Sequence record: NC_041849.1
Source: Streptomyces phage phiELB20
DNA length: 24,000 nucleotides
Strand: one strand, 5' to 3'
Position 1 is the stretch's first letter. The number at the start of each line of letters is the position of its first letter. Shown piece after piece: positions 23,728 through 24,000 of this stretch. The notes beneath the pieces were generated by a model. The model did no database searches. It was not told the origin of the DNA and saw only the letters and a program-made list of their open reading frames with translations. The translations under genes and the position numbers were made by a program.

Positions 23728-24000
23728 GTGGCGCTTGCGCCCCGCTCGCTGTCCCGTGGTGGCGACGGGTTGAACATTGGCACACTTGCACGCTGATGTC
23801 CAATCGCGCAGGTCAGAGCCATGATCACGAGCCGCTGAGCGGCTGTCTCCGGGCCTGCTGGCCGGTCGCTGGCCCGTCCGTCCGTCGTGCTGGAGAGGGA
23901 CCGCGAGAGCGCGACGCAGGCAGGCGCGCGGAGGGTAGCACAGCCGGTCGGGGGGTGGGGGATGCCCCCTGGTGGACGGGAGCCCGCACCGCCGTGTCTT

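Noticed and set aside
1-24000. tRNA or rRNA genes
   Set aside because: No cloverleaf with TTC-type T-arm signature was recognised by eye; tRNAscan-SE or ARAGORN would be needed to exclude them.

Overview
The window looks like the early/metabolic and lysogeny region of a high-GC actinobacterial (probably Streptomyces) temperate phage. Left arm (+): partial dCMP deaminase, RecA/DnaB-like ATPase, PD-(D/E)XK nuclease, primase split into zinc-finger and TOPRIM ORFs, calcineurin-like phosphoesterase, two adjacent ORFs resembling sigma region 2 and region 4, and a B12-dependent ribonucleotide reductase. These are followed by an XRE-type regulator (-), a serine integrase (+), and a long leftward (-) array of small phage genes including thyX and a dNMP kinase. 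Main discovery: ten dispersed copies of a compact structured RNA on the - strand between 14.46 and 22.38 kb, each just upstream of the ribosome-binding region of a small gene. Each matches the permuted core of a type II hammerhead ribozyme: GGC-GAAA-[stem III]-GUC^-[stem I]-CUGA(U/C)GA-(U)-GCC. All three stems covary between copies. A stem I loop to 3' flank pseudoknot also covaries (GGUU/AACC, GGCA/UGCC, GGCU/AGCC, CGGU/ACCG). The array suggests mRNA self-processing at many gene boundaries of one phage arm. Everything here was read by eye: no folding, database search or alignment software was run.
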